The notes under the pieces were generated by a model that saw only the letters and a program-made list of their open reading frames with translations, did no database searches and was not told the DNA's origin. 42,398 bases of DNA from Nostoc sp. (GTDB lineage: Bacteria > Cyanobacteriota > Cyanobacteriia > Cyanobacteriales > Nostocaceae): positions 1 through 42,398 of the forward strand of contig JBALDB010000061.1 in assembly GCA_036918135.1 (NCBI GenBank), written 5' to 3'. Shown here piece by piece: positions 19,652 through 29,748 of the stretch; position 1 is the first letter of the stretch, and the number at the start of each line of letters is the position of its first letter. The translations under genes and the position numbers were made by a program.

Positions 19652-22231
19652 ATGAGTCAGTCTTTTTCTCAAATCCAAGCAAGACGAAATCATCAACAAA
19701 AACTGGGGCAGCAAAAATGGAGTTTAAAGACTAAAGCAATAATTTGGGCACTAAGCATCAGTGTCCTACCTATGGTTGCAATTGGAACAACTACTTATTA
19801 CTATGGCACTGATATAATTAATCAAAAAATTCCGCAAGTTAGACAAGAAAGTGTAAAAAGTTCAACAGAAATTGAACAGACTTTAGAAAGACAACTATCA
19901 CTGTTGTTAACTGGGATGGGGGCAACAGCAGTTTTGGCAGGTGCGATCGCAACTTTTGTAGTTAATCGAGTTACGACTCGAATCAGCAAAGCTGCTGTAA
20001 CTTCTAATACTGTTAAAAATAAGCTACGTCCAGACAGCGAGTTTACTCAAGTTTTCATCGCTGGCAAAGATGAATTAGTGATGTTAGAGAGAAACATCAG
20101 CTTATTCACACAGCTGCTTTCGGTTCTGGAACAGGAGAAACAAGCCGAAGCTGATTACTCCCAAATATTGATGAAAATTACTCGCTGGGTTCGAGAATCA
20201 TTCAATCAAGAAGATGTTTTTAAAACTACCTCAGAAGAAATTCGCAGAGCTTTAAGCCTCGATCGCGTAAGTATCTTTTGCTTCAATTCCAACTCTCATG
20301 GCACCTTTATCGCCGAATCAGTAGCACCAGGTTTACCGAAAATATTAGGAGTTAAAGTCTCTGATCCTGGTTTCGAGACAGTATATCTAGAAAAATACTA
20401 CAATGGTTGCGTCCGTGCTAGTGATAATATTTATCAAGCCAATTTAACTGATGGCAATATTGAATTACTGGAGCGATTTGCTGTCAAATCTAGTTTAGTA
20501 GCACCGATTTTCAAAGGCAAACAGCTATTTGCTTTATTAATTGCACATCAGTGTTCTAGAATTCGCTATTGGCAGCAATCTGAGATTGATTTGTTCGCTC
20601 AGATAGCTATACAAATGGAATTTGCTCTTGACTACGCCAAATTATTAGAACAGGTAGATACCAAAGCAGATAAAGCTCAACTATTTATAGAAATTACCCG
20701 TAGCATTCGCCAATCACTCAACGAAGAGGATGTCCTCAAAATCACCACAGAAGAGGTTCGCAAAGCACTGAGTACTGACCGAGTGCTGGTTTATAGCTTT
20801 AATGCTGATTGGTCTGGAACTGTGACTAACGAATCAGTGGTTCCAGGTTATCCCAAAGTTTTGCGGTCTGAAATCGCAGATCCATGTTTTGTTAAGGGTT
20901 ACGTAGAAAAGTATCAATCTGGTCGCATTCAAGCCACAAACAATATTTATGAAGTTGGTTTGACTGATTGTCACATTAAGCTGCTCGAATCCTTTGCTGT
21001 CAAAGCAAATTTAGTTGCCCCGATTATTAAAGATGAGCTACTATTTGGCTTGTTAATTGCACATCAATGCTCGAGACCCCGCGATTGGCAGCAGCCTGAG
21101 ATTGATTTATTTGCCCAGATAGCCATGCAAGTAGGATTTGCTCTCGACCATGCGAGGCTGGTGCAACGAATCGAGGCTGAAGGCGTGCAAAGTCAGTTGC
21201 TAGCAGATATCATCCGCAGCATTCGCCAATCGCTCAACGAAGAGGATGTCCTAAAAACCACCACAGAAGAGGTTCGCAAAGCACTGAGTACTGACCGAGT
21301 GATGGTTTATAGTTTTAATGCTGATTGGTCTGGAACTGTAATTGCGGAATCAGTTGTTCTTACCTATCCAAAAATTTTACGATCTGAAATTGAAGACCCA
21401 TGTTTTGGTCAAGGCTATGTAGAAGAGTATCAGGCTGGTCGCATTCTCGCCATAAACAACATTTATGAAGTTGGTTTGGCTGATTGTCACATTAACCTAC
21501 TCGAAACCTTTGGTGTCAAAGCAAATTTAGTCGCTCCCATAATTAAAGATGAACAACTATTTGGCTTATTAATTGCACATCAGTGTTCCAGACCTCGTGA
21601 TTGGCAACAGTCAGAAATTGATTTATTTGCCCAGATAGCTCTACAAGTGGGATTTGCTCTTGACCATGCTAGGCTGGTGCAACGAATCAATGCTGAAAGT
21701 ATGCGAAGTCAGTTACTAGTGGATATTACCCGCAGCATTCGCCAATCGCTTAAAGAAGAAGATATCCTTAAAACCACCGTCGAAGAGGTTCGCAAAGCAC
21801 TGAGTACTGACCGAGTGTTAGTTTATAGCTTTTATGCTAATTGGTTCGGAATTATAATTGCCGAATCAGTGGTTCCAGGTTATCCCAAAGTTTTGCGGTC
21901 TAAAATCCACGACCCCTGTTTCACTCAAAGCTATATAGAAAAGTACCAATCTGGTCAGGTTGTAGCAATAAATGACATTTATCAGGCAGGTTTGGCTGAT
22001 TGCCACGTTAGCCTGCTCGAATCCTTTGGTGTCAAAGCAAATTTAGTTGCCCCGATTATTAAAGATGAGCAAGTATTTGGCTTGTTAATTGCACATCAGT
22101 GTTCTGCACCCCGTGATTGGCAACAGCCTGAGATTGATTTATTTACCCAGATAGCCATGCAAGTAGGATTTACTCTCGATCATGCTAGGCTTTTACAAGC
22201 ATATCAAACTGGTGAAGCTAACTCTAATTAA
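19652..22231 (+). CDS. Membrane-anchored 4-GAF cyanobacteriochrome (three DXCF-type GAFs), no output domain
   Basis: Two hydrophobic helices, a HAMP-like segment (GKDEL) and four GAFs. GAF2-4 have DPCF and DCH cysteines; GAF1 has DPGF and DGN instead. Confidence 0.88.
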   Translation: MSQSFSQIQARRNHQQKLGQQKWSLKTKAIIWALSISVLPMVAIGTTTYYYGTDIINQKIPQVRQESVKSSTEIEQTLERQLSLLLTGMGATAVLAGAIATFVVNRVTTRISKAAVTSNTVKNKLRPDSEFTQVFIAGKDELVMLERNISLFTQLLSVLEQEKQAEADYSQILMKITRWVRESFNQEDVFKTTSEEIRRALSLDRVSIFCFNSNSHGTFIAESVAPGLPKILGVKVSDPGFETVYLEKYYNGCVRASDNIYQANLTDGNIELLERFAVKSSLVAPIFKGKQLFALLIAHQCSRIRYWQQSEIDLFAQIAIQMEFALDYAKLLEQVDTKADKAQLFIEITRSIRQSLNEEDVLKITTEEVRKALSTDRVLVYSFNADWSGTVTNESVVPGYPKVLRSEIADPCFVKGYVEKYQSGRIQATNNIYEVGLTDCHIKLLESFAVKANLVAPIIKDELLFGLLIAHQCSRPRDWQQPEIDLFAQIAMQVGFALDHARLVQRIEAEGVQSQLLADIIRSIRQSLNEEDVLKTTTEEVRKALSTDRVMVYSFNADWSGTVIAESVVLTYPKILRSEIEDPCFGQGYVEEYQAGRILAINNIYEVGLADCHINLLETFGVKANLVAPIIKDEQLFGLLIAHQCSRPRDWQQSEIDLFAQIALQVGFALDHARLVQRINAESMRSQLLVDITRSIRQSLKEEDILKTTVEEVRKALSTDRVLVYSFYANWFGIIIAESVVPGYPKVLRSKIHDPCFTQSYIEKYQSGQVVAINDIYQAGLADCHVSLLESFGVKANLVAPIIKDEQVFGLLIAHQCSAPRDWQQPEIDLFTQIAMQVGFTLDHARLLQAYQTGEANSN

Positions 22232-22473
22232 TAATCAATCAGTTCGACGTTCTCAGGTATCCATTGCACAATCCTCGTTTGTTCCTCATCAAATACCAAC
22301 AGTTGAATTTGCAAACGTTTGATAATTAACTGTCCTAGTTTTTCTGAAAAATACCTGTGATATTCTTTCTCTCATTTATTGCCTTCCTCTAGTCAATTGG
22401 TATAACTCCCAACCCCAACTTGGCACTTTGGTATAACATTAATTCGGCGTGTTTAGTGTTCAAGAGTGCCAAA

Positions 22474-23646
22474 ATGTCTAAACAACTGGGTCAAAAAATC
22501 GCACCTACACCCATATCAAATGATATCAATGTGGTGGATTTGATTGATAAATACTTTACTGCTTATAATTCAGCACGTTTGCGGGAAATCTGCCAACTAC
22601 TCAGTCGTGATGTGCTTACCGAAGGTGTCACGGTGGGAGTTAGTCTTTCCGGTGCGATGACGCCAGCAGGATTTGGGGTTTCAGCGCTTGCACCCTTAAT
22701 TCGCAACGGCTTTATTGACTGGATGATTAGCACTGGTGCAAATCTTTACCACGATATGCATTTCGGTTTGGGTTTTGAACTGTTTGCTGGTAATCCATTT
22801 TTGGATGATGTAAAACTGCGTCAAGAAAGTACCATCCGGATTTATGACATTATTTTTGGCTATGATGTGCTATTAGAAACCGATGCTTTTATTCGCAAGA
22901 TTCTGCAAGCAGAACCTTTCCAAAAACGCATGGGAACCGCTGAGTTTCACCATTTATTAGGTAAGTATGTCCGGGAAGTAGAAAAGCAATTGGGTGTGCA
23001 ACATTCTTGTTTGCTGGCTACAGCTTATGAATATGGCGTACCGATTTATACCTCTTCTCCAGGAGATAGTTCAATTGGAATGAACGTAGCAGCTTTGGCG
23101 CTAGAAGGTTCGCAATTAATATTAGATCCTGCAATTGACGTGAATGAGACAGCAGCGATCGCTTATAATGCCCGTGAATCTGAAGGTAAAAGTGCGGCTG
23201 TAATTCTCGGTGGTGGTAGTCCCAAAAACTTTTTACTACAAACACAACCGCAAATTCACGAGGTGTTAGGACTAGAAGAACGCGGACATGATTACTTTGT
23301 GCAATTTACAGATGCACGTCCAGATACGGGTGGTTTGTCTGGGGCAACCCCATCGGAAGCCGTCAGCTGGGGTAAGATTGACCCAGAGGAGTTACCTAAC
23401 ACAATTGTTTGTTATACCGACAGCACGATCGCTTTACCACTGGTAACAGCATACATCCTCAACCAGTGCCAGCCTCGTCCCCTAAAACGTCTGTACAACA
23501 TACGAGAAACCATTTTAGAAAAACTGCAAACAGACTATTTAGCAGCCAAAACCCAACCATCAGACCAAGTTCCAGCAGCCGTGGCTGAAAGTGCTTCAAA
23601 GCAAACAGCGACTTATCCTTGCGGTAGGTTGATTCCGAATACGTAA
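22474..23646 (+). CDS. speY: Deoxyhypusine-synthase-like homospermidine biosynthesis protein
   Basis: [30 protein letters not shown] and [16 protein letters not shown] motifs; start set at ATG 22474. Confidence 0.88.
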   Translation: MSKQLGQKIAPTPISNDINVVDLIDKYFTAYNSARLREICQLLSRDVLTEGVTVGVSLSGAMTPAGFGVSALAPLIRNGFIDWMISTGANLYHDMHFGLGFELFAGNPFLDDVKLRQESTIRIYDIIFGYDVLLETDAFIRKILQAEPFQKRMGTAEFHHLLGKYVREVEKQLGVQHSCLLATAYEYGVPIYTSSPGDSSIGMNVAALALEGSQLILDPAIDVNETAAIAYNARESEGKSAAVILGGGSPKNFLLQTQPQIHEVLGLEERGHDYFVQFTDARPDTGGLSGATPSEAVSWGKIDPEELPNTIVCYTDSTIALPLVTAYILNQCQPRPLKRLYNIRETILEKLQTDYLAAKTQPSDQVPAAVAESASKQTATYPCGRLIPNT

Positions 23647-23703
23647 AAACTGGGACTAGGTACTGGAGAGTGGGAGAGAATAACTCTTACTCTCACTAAA
23701 CAG

Positions 23704-25410
23704 TCAACGTACTTTTTCTGCTGCTAATCGCTGGGTAACATTGCGAAAAATGCCATGAGTAGCAACTGGATGACCTTCTAGAAATTTAGCGTTAATGTTA
23801 CCTTCTATAAAAATTGTTTCACCATTTTTGGCAATCAATCCGGCTTTTATTTGTTCGAGTTTTTCTCCAGAAAGCACGCTATAAAACTTTTGCCAACAGT
23901 ATTGTTTAAACTCTGGATGTATAATATCAAAGACATTTAAATTCACAACTTCAGCTTCGCTATATCCCAAAGTTTCTCGCCATGCACGATTGACGTACAA
24001 AAAACGACCATAGGCATTAACAGCTTGAATCAAATCGTTAGCATTTTCAAATAAATCTCGATATCGTTGTTCGCTTTCTACAAGAGCAGCTTCTGCTTGT
24101 TTACGTTTGATAAACTGGGCGATTTGGCTACCAATAGAACCCACCATTTCCAACAGTTCTGTATCTTTTGGTTGGATCTCTCGGCTAAAGAAAACCATTA
24201 CCCCTAAGATTTCATTATCGTCTAAGATGGGAAAGCCAAAAGCTGCGTACAATCCAACTTCAGCAGCAGATTGCGATCGCCTGTCTCCTTCTTGTGTGAT
24301 ATCTTGAATCCACAGGGGCGATCGTCCGATCCAAATTTCACCAGGTAACCCAACACTGGGCGTATACGTAGTTTGCCAGGTAACTGCTTTAAACTCTCTA
24401 ACAGAAACTACTCGACTTGACCAAATTTCTACACACCTTAATACTGTATTGACACTATGTCTTTTTATCGAATTACCGATATATTGATTTGGTGTCCAAA
24501 GTTCTCCTAAATCCCATCCCAGGTTTTGACAAATTGACTGTAAAATTTGCGGAATTACCTGCTTTATACTCTGGGATTCTGATAAAATACGGGTGATAGC
24601 ATACTGGGTACTTGTACGTTGTTCCCGGCGCTGTCGAGCAGTCATATCTCGACCGATATAAACAATATCTTCTAGCCCTTGTGTCTTTTTGGGAATCACC
24701 GAACAAGAAAAAGCAATCAAGCGTTTTTCTCTAGTTTTGGTTCTACAAATTACCTCTAAATTTTTAAAACTTTGCTCAGCCGCAAAATGTTGATAAATTG
24801 CTTTTATTACTACTTTATCGTCAATTATCAATGATATAGGTTGATTAATGAATTCTTCTTCAGTAAACCCAAATAATTGTTGAGCAGCATGATTTACTTT
24901 GATAATTTTGCCTGATTTACTAGTTACTAAAAAAGCATCTGCCATTGAGGTGATTACTTGCTCCATGTAAAAGTTACATGATACTAAAGCATTGGATAGT
25001 AAATTTGCTTCATTAGCTTGCTGTGCCAGCTTTTGTTTTAAAACAATTCTGTCGGTAACATCCTCAATCAATATAATTAATTTATTTTCAAATCTTTCAT
25101 GCTGTTCGCTGATTATATATATATCTATATATATATAAGATTTATGCTCCGAACCTCGTTTAATTCCTTCTAATTCAAACAGTTCTTGTTTTCCATACAA
25201 GATAGCTGTCAAAATATCTTCAAGTCCGATAAACTCAGGAAAGCTTAGCCGGATATCTTTACCTTGTATCATCTCCTCAGGGCGATGTGCAAACCGTTGA
25301 ACTTGCTCGGATGTGTCTATAATGCAAAAATTGTTATCAAGTTCCAAGCGTTCAAATTTATGTGGAAAAGAAGGTTTGTTAAAAATCCGGTCTAATACTT
25401 GGTCTTTCAT
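23704..25410 (-). CDS. PAS-PAS-GAF-PAS sensor protein lacking an output domain (possibly truncated)
   Basis: PAS motifs (VNHAAQQLFG, LFENANDLI..VNRAW..LGY), a GAF segment (GLPG.IW, AFGFPI), and a stop right after RNVTQRLAAEKVR. Confidence 0.8.
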   Translation of the reverse strand: MKDQVLDRIFNKPSFPHKFERLELDNNFCIIDTSEQVQRFAHRPEEMIQGKDIRLSFPEFIGLEDILTAILYGKQELFELEGIKRGSEHKSYIYIDIYIISEQHERFENKLIILIEDVTDRIVLKQKLAQQANEANLLSNALVSCNFYMEQVITSMADAFLVTSKSGKIIKVNHAAQQLFGFTEEEFINQPISLIIDDKVVIKAIYQHFAAEQSFKNLEVICRTKTREKRLIAFSCSVIPKKTQGLEDIVYIGRDMTARQRREQRTSTQYAITRILSESQSIKQVIPQILQSICQNLGWDLGELWTPNQYIGNSIKRHSVNTVLRCVEIWSSRVVSVREFKAVTWQTTYTPSVGLPGEIWIGRSPLWIQDITQEGDRRSQSAAEVGLYAAFGFPILDDNEILGVMVFFSREIQPKDTELLEMVGSIGSQIAQFIKRKQAEAALVESEQRYRDLFENANDLIQAVNAYGRFLYVNRAWRETLGYSEAEVVNLNVFDIIHPEFKQYCWQKFYSVLSGEKLEQIKAGLIAKNGETIFIEGNINAKFLEGHPVATHGIFRNVTQRLAAEKVR

Positions 25411-26030
25411 TGTGGTGTGGGAGCAGACTTGAGATTTATCTTTTAAAGGAAGATTAAAAAAGGAGGTTTCAGAGGATAATAAGAAAAAATTTTAATTTAT
25501 TGTTATATAACAGCATCACTCAGCCGGTAACTCAGAAATCCTAAGTTAGGACTAATAATTAGTAATTTAGCACTACTGATGCATAATTCTTTAGGTGGTT
25601 AAGAAAGAAAACTCAAATCAAAAATTATTTAAGTGGTAAAGTATAAATTAATACAATTTTCCTTGAAAAAGTAAACTTTTATTAGATGTAAAGTGGCACA
25701 GCGATCGCCTAAAATTTACAGCAGTTTTCATTTTTGTTGGATTTTATTCCCCAAATGCTACTTGCTATCCTTTTCCTGAGAAAGACGCACTCGTATTCGG
25801 GAACGTTCCCCGTAGGATACCTGTACCCCTACTCTTAAGTAAGCTACATGTAGTGTCACCTTTAGGAGAACAGCTGTAGGTTGAACAAGTCAGGAAACCC
25901 GCTTAATGCAGTGGCTCCCCAACCTAGGAACAACTGAATTCTAAACCTTTTTTCGGGTAACGCGGACTGAGTTGCCTTAAAAATAGCTGTAATATTAAAA
26001 AGTCGTATCTAGAAAGTTAGTCAAAACTCA

Positions 26031-27374
26031 ATGAATCACCAGCGTGCTAATACTCTCAAAACTGCATTTCAAGTTTGTAATGTTGAACCGCTGGAGGGTG
26101 CAGACATGGAGCGTTACTATGTTGATTTGTCAGCAGTACGCAAAACTTCAGCAATTGAACAGGTTAGTCAAATTTTAGACTTTCAAGAACCCACAGACTT
26201 CAGCACAATTTTATTTACTGGACATCGCGGCTGTGGCAAAAGTACAGAGTTAAAACGTATTCATAAGCAATGGGAAGAACAATATCACGTAATTTATTTA
26301 GAAGTTAACGAAGAAACAGATATTAATGATGCTCGTTATACAGATTTGTATTTAATTGTTATCAAACAAGTAGAATTTGAACTGCGTAAATTAGGTTTAA
26401 AATTTGATACTCAACTTCTAGAAAACTTTGAATCTTGGTTTAAGGATATTACTAAAGAAACAGAAGAAAGCGTAGAAAAATCCGTGAGTATTCAGGGAGA
26501 AGCAACTCTAAAACCAGAAGCTCCATTTATTGCTAAATTGATGGTCAAATTACTGGCACAAATTAAAGGTTCTGATAAGCAAAAAACTACTATTCGCCAA
26601 ACTTTAGAAAAAGACTTATCACGTCTCAAGGCAGACATTAACCTTTTATTAGGAGATGCCTACATTAAACTCCGAAAAAAATTGCCTCAATGTAAAGGTT
26701 TATTGATTATTTTTGACAACATGGATCGTGTACCACCAACAATCGCAGAACATTTATTTTTTGATTATGCGGCTCAGTTACAAGAACTAGACTGTACGAT
26801 AATTTATACAGTGCCAATTTCTGTGCTTTGTTCACCGAAAAACCCACTTAATCAGTTTAATGGTAATCCTCATATTGTCCCAATGGTGAATATTTATGAA
26901 TTGGAACGCGATCGCTGCCATTTAAACTACAATCAAACGGGACTAGATGCAGTCGCCAGCCTGATTGAAAAGCGGGTAGATATTGATGCTATATTTGATT
27001 CTCGCCAGGAATTGCTAGATTTAGCAAAAGCCAGTGGTGGACATGTGCGCCAATTAATGCAGATGATACAAACTGCTTGTCTAACTGCTAGTACTCGCAA
27101 ACATCCTAAAATTATTGGTGAAGATATTATTTATGCTGTGAAACAACAGCAATTTAGTTTTGAAAGGTTTATTCCTGAAGAACATTATGCGTTTTTAGCT
27201 CAAGTTTGTATAACCAAGAATGTCAGCAAAGATGATATCGGTCAGTTAATGCTGTTTAACACTTCAGTTTTGGAATACAACGGCGATAAACGGTGGAATT
27301 ACCCGAATCCAGTGGTGAAACAAAATGAATTCTTCCAAAAAGCCCTCGAATCCGTACTTGCAGCGCAGCCTTAG
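26031..27374 (+). CDS. P-loop NTPase (AAA+/STAND/KAP-like)
   Basis: Walker A GHRGCGKST, Walker B LLIIFDNMDR, SGGHVRQL sensor-like motif. Confidence 0.88.
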   Translation: MNHQRANTLKTAFQVCNVEPLEGADMERYYVDLSAVRKTSAIEQVSQILDFQEPTDFSTILFTGHRGCGKSTELKRIHKQWEEQYHVIYLEVNEETDINDARYTDLYLIVIKQVEFELRKLGLKFDTQLLENFESWFKDITKETEESVEKSVSIQGEATLKPEAPFIAKLMVKLLAQIKGSDKQKTTIRQTLEKDLSRLKADINLLLGDAYIKLRKKLPQCKGLLIIFDNMDRVPPTIAEHLFFDYAAQLQELDCTIIYTVPISVLCSPKNPLNQFNGNPHIVPMVNIYELERDRCHLNYNQTGLDAVASLIEKRVDIDAIFDSRQELLDLAKASGGHVRQLMQMIQTACLTASTRKHPKIIGEDIIYAVKQQQFSFERFIPEEHYAFLAQVCITKNVSKDDIGQLMLFNTSVLEYNGDKRWNYPNPVVKQNEFFQKALESVLAAQP

Positions 27375-29733
27375 CTCAGAAATAGGAGCGTTTATCGCGC
27401 TTAATCAAGAGGTATTTGCTCAATTACTCACCTTTGTAGACTTTGCAGAAAAGTTTATGATTGGTTTTGTAGAAATTAATTTTCCCCCAGATGCAGAAAT
27501 ATTAGTTGAGGCGCTGAAGACAAATCCTGAGTGTCGGGATATTCAATTTGTAACTCTGAGTTTTCCCGATCCAAATTTACGATTTCTTAGGGATGAAATT
27601 GTAAAAATATTACCAACTATTGAGATAGAACTTAACAAAAAATTAGTCTTAATTGTAGAAGGTTTAGAAAAGTCTATTGGCGTTTATGGAGACTATCCGC
27701 CAGTTTTACAAGACCTTAATTTTGTTCGAGATGCTTATAAAAGAACTGTTCCGCATCCGATTCTGTTTATTCTGCCAGATTATGCCCTGACTCGGTTAGC
27801 CAAATTTGCTCCTGATTTTTGGGCTTGGCAATCGGCGATGTTTCGGTTTAAAACACCTCAAATTACGAAAGATTATGCGATTAATGAGGCTCAAAATACT
27901 GAAAGAATTATAGACAGATTAGAACCTCCAGAAAAGCAAGAGCGGATTGATTTATTACACTGCCTGCTAATGGAATATAACCCAACTGGACATCATCCGA
28001 CAGGAGAAAACCTCCGCAACTATAGTAATATTTTGCATCAGTTAGGAGTTGCTTATCTAAGTAAAAAAGAGTCTATCAAAGCTAGAGAATATTTAGAAGA
28101 AGGTGAAAAAATAGCTAGTGAGTTTCCAGATTCTACCTTCCATGCCGAAGTCCTCAATACATTAGGAGATTCTTATAGGCTGCAAAGGCAATTTGATACA
28201 GCAATCACTTATTATGAAAAATCTTTAAATATTTCACAGCAACTTCAGAATCCTCACGGCGAAACTGCTGCTTTGTTTAAACTGGGTAATGCTTATCTAG
28301 ACTTGAGACAATTTACACGGGCGACAACTTTCTATCAACAGCGTTTAGAAATTGAACAACAAATAGGGGATAGCTATTCCCAAGCTGCTACCTACCACCA
28401 ATTGGGAATAGTTGCCCAACATTTGCGAGAATTTGAAGAGGCGCGGCGCAATTACCAACAAGCTTTGGCTATCAAAATTGAATTTGGCGATCGTTATTCC
28501 CAAGCTGCTACCTACCACCAGTTGGGAAGAGTTGCCCAAAATTTGCGGCAATTTGAGGAGGCGCGGCGCAATTACCAACAAGCTTTGGCTATTGATATCG
28601 AATTTGGCGATCGCTATTCTTGTGCTAGCACCTACCACAATTTGGGAATAGTTGCCCAAGATTTGCGAGAATTTGAAGAGGCGCGGTGCAATTACCAACA
28701 AGCTTTGGCTATCAAAATTGAATTTGGCGATCGCTATTCCCAAGCTGCTACCTACAACCAGTTGGGAAGAGTTGCCCAAGATTTGCGGGAATTTGAAGAG
28801 GCGCGGCGCAATTACCAACAAGCTTTGGCTATCAAAATCGAATTTGGCGATCGCTATTCTTGTGCTAGCACCCACCACAATTTGGGAATAGTTGCCCAAA
28901 ATTTGCGGGAATTTAAGGAGGCAAGGCGCAATTACCAACAAGCTTTGGCTATCGATATCGAATTTGGCGATCACTATTCTTCTGCTAGCACCTACTACTG
29001 TTTAGGAACACTTGCAGAAGCAGAAGAAAACTACCCAGAAGCGAGGGTTAATTTGCAGACAGCATTGGAAATATGTGTTGAGTATAAAGATGAATATCGG
29101 GGGGCGATCATACGGGAGGTGTTAGAGAGATTACCTGAGACCTTTGAAGATTTTGCAGCATGGCGACCCGAAGGCGGAAGATACGAATTACATGATGGGG
29201 TGATTGTTGAAATAGCCCAACCAGCGGGAGACCATGAAGATATTGTCGGGTTTTTAGTTGAAAAAATTGCTGTTGAGTACGTTCGTAATGGTCTACCTTA
29301 TTCCATCCCAAAAACAGCATTAGTCCAATCTGCTATTAGCCAGTCTTGTTATTCTCCAGACTTGCTATTACTCAACCGTCCTGCTTTGAAATTAGAGCCA
29401 CTTTGGCAAAAATATTCTACGGTTGGATTTGCTGATTCCATTCCTTTAGTGATTGAAGTTGTTAGTACTAACTGGTGGGATGATTATCATAAAAAGCTAG
29501 GCGAATATGAGGAGATAGGGATAAAAGAATATTGGATTGTTGATTATTTAGCTGTCGGTGGTAAAAAGTTTATCGGTAATCCTAAACAACCCACTATCTC
29601 TGTTTACCAATTAGTTGACGGTGAATACCAAGTTACTCAATTTAGAGGCAATGAGCGCATCGTCTCGCCTACTTTCCCAGAGTTAGATTTAACCGCCCAA
29701 CAGATTTTTCAAGCTGGTGGATACCCTGCATAG
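27325..29733 (+). CDS. TPR-array protein with alpha/beta N-terminal domain and C-terminal Uma2 (DUF820) PD-(D/E)XK nuclease
   Basis: Overlaps the ATPase by 50 bp and contains 40-aa TPR units. From about 29140: TFEDF..W..GGRYELHDG, SPDL, VIEVVS, DYHKKLGEY, IKEYWIVD. Confidence 0.88.
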   Translation: MNSSKKPSNPYLQRSLSSEIGAFIALNQEVFAQLLTFVDFAEKFMIGFVEINFPPDAEILVEALKTNPECRDIQFVTLSFPDPNLRFLRDEIVKILPTIEIELNKKLVLIVEGLEKSIGVYGDYPPVLQDLNFVRDAYKRTVPHPILFILPDYALTRLAKFAPDFWAWQSAMFRFKTPQITKDYAINEAQNTERIIDRLEPPEKQERIDLLHCLLMEYNPTGHHPTGENLRNYSNILHQLGVAYLSKKESIKAREYLEEGEKIASEFPDSTFHAEVLNTLGDSYRLQRQFDTAITYYEKSLNISQQLQNPHGETAALFKLGNAYLDLRQFTRATTFYQQRLEIEQQIGDSYSQAATYHQLGIVAQHLREFEEARRNYQQALAIKIEFGDRYSQAATYHQLGRVAQNLRQFEEARRNYQQALAIDIEFGDRYSCASTYHNLGIVAQDLREFEEARCNYQQALAIKIEFGDRYSQAATYNQLGRVAQDLREFEEARRNYQQALAIKIEFGDRYSCASTHHNLGIVAQNLREFKEARRNYQQALAIDIEFGDHYSSASTYYCLGTLAEAEENYPEARVNLQTALEICVEYKDEYRGAIIREVLERLPETFEDFAAWRPEGGRYELHDGVIVEIAQPAGDHEDIVGFLVEKIAVEYVRNGLPYSIPKTALVQSAISQSCYSPDLLLLNRPALKLEPLWQKYSTVGFADSIPLVIEVVSTNWWDDYHKKLGEYEEIGIKEYWIVDYLAVGGKKFIGNPKQPTISVYQLVDGEYQVTQFRGNERIVSPTFPELDLTAQQIFQAGGYPA
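28366..28965 (+). repeat. Five near-identical 120-bp intragenic tandem repeats (TPR units)
   Basis: GCAATTACCAACAAGCTTTGGCTAT recurs every 120 bp; HIP1 sites at 28607, 28727 and 28847. Confidence 0.95.
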
Positions 29734-29748
29734 TTGCAAGGTAGCATA

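Noticed and set aside
25760..25980. Structured ncRNA upstream of the ATPase
   Set aside because: It looks like degenerate small dispersed repeats (GGAAACCCGC..GCAGTGGCTCCCCAAC); no consistent fold could be supported.
28345..28974. Antisense and alternate-frame ORFs over the TPR repeats
   Set aside because: They are shadows of the 120-bp repeat periodicity.
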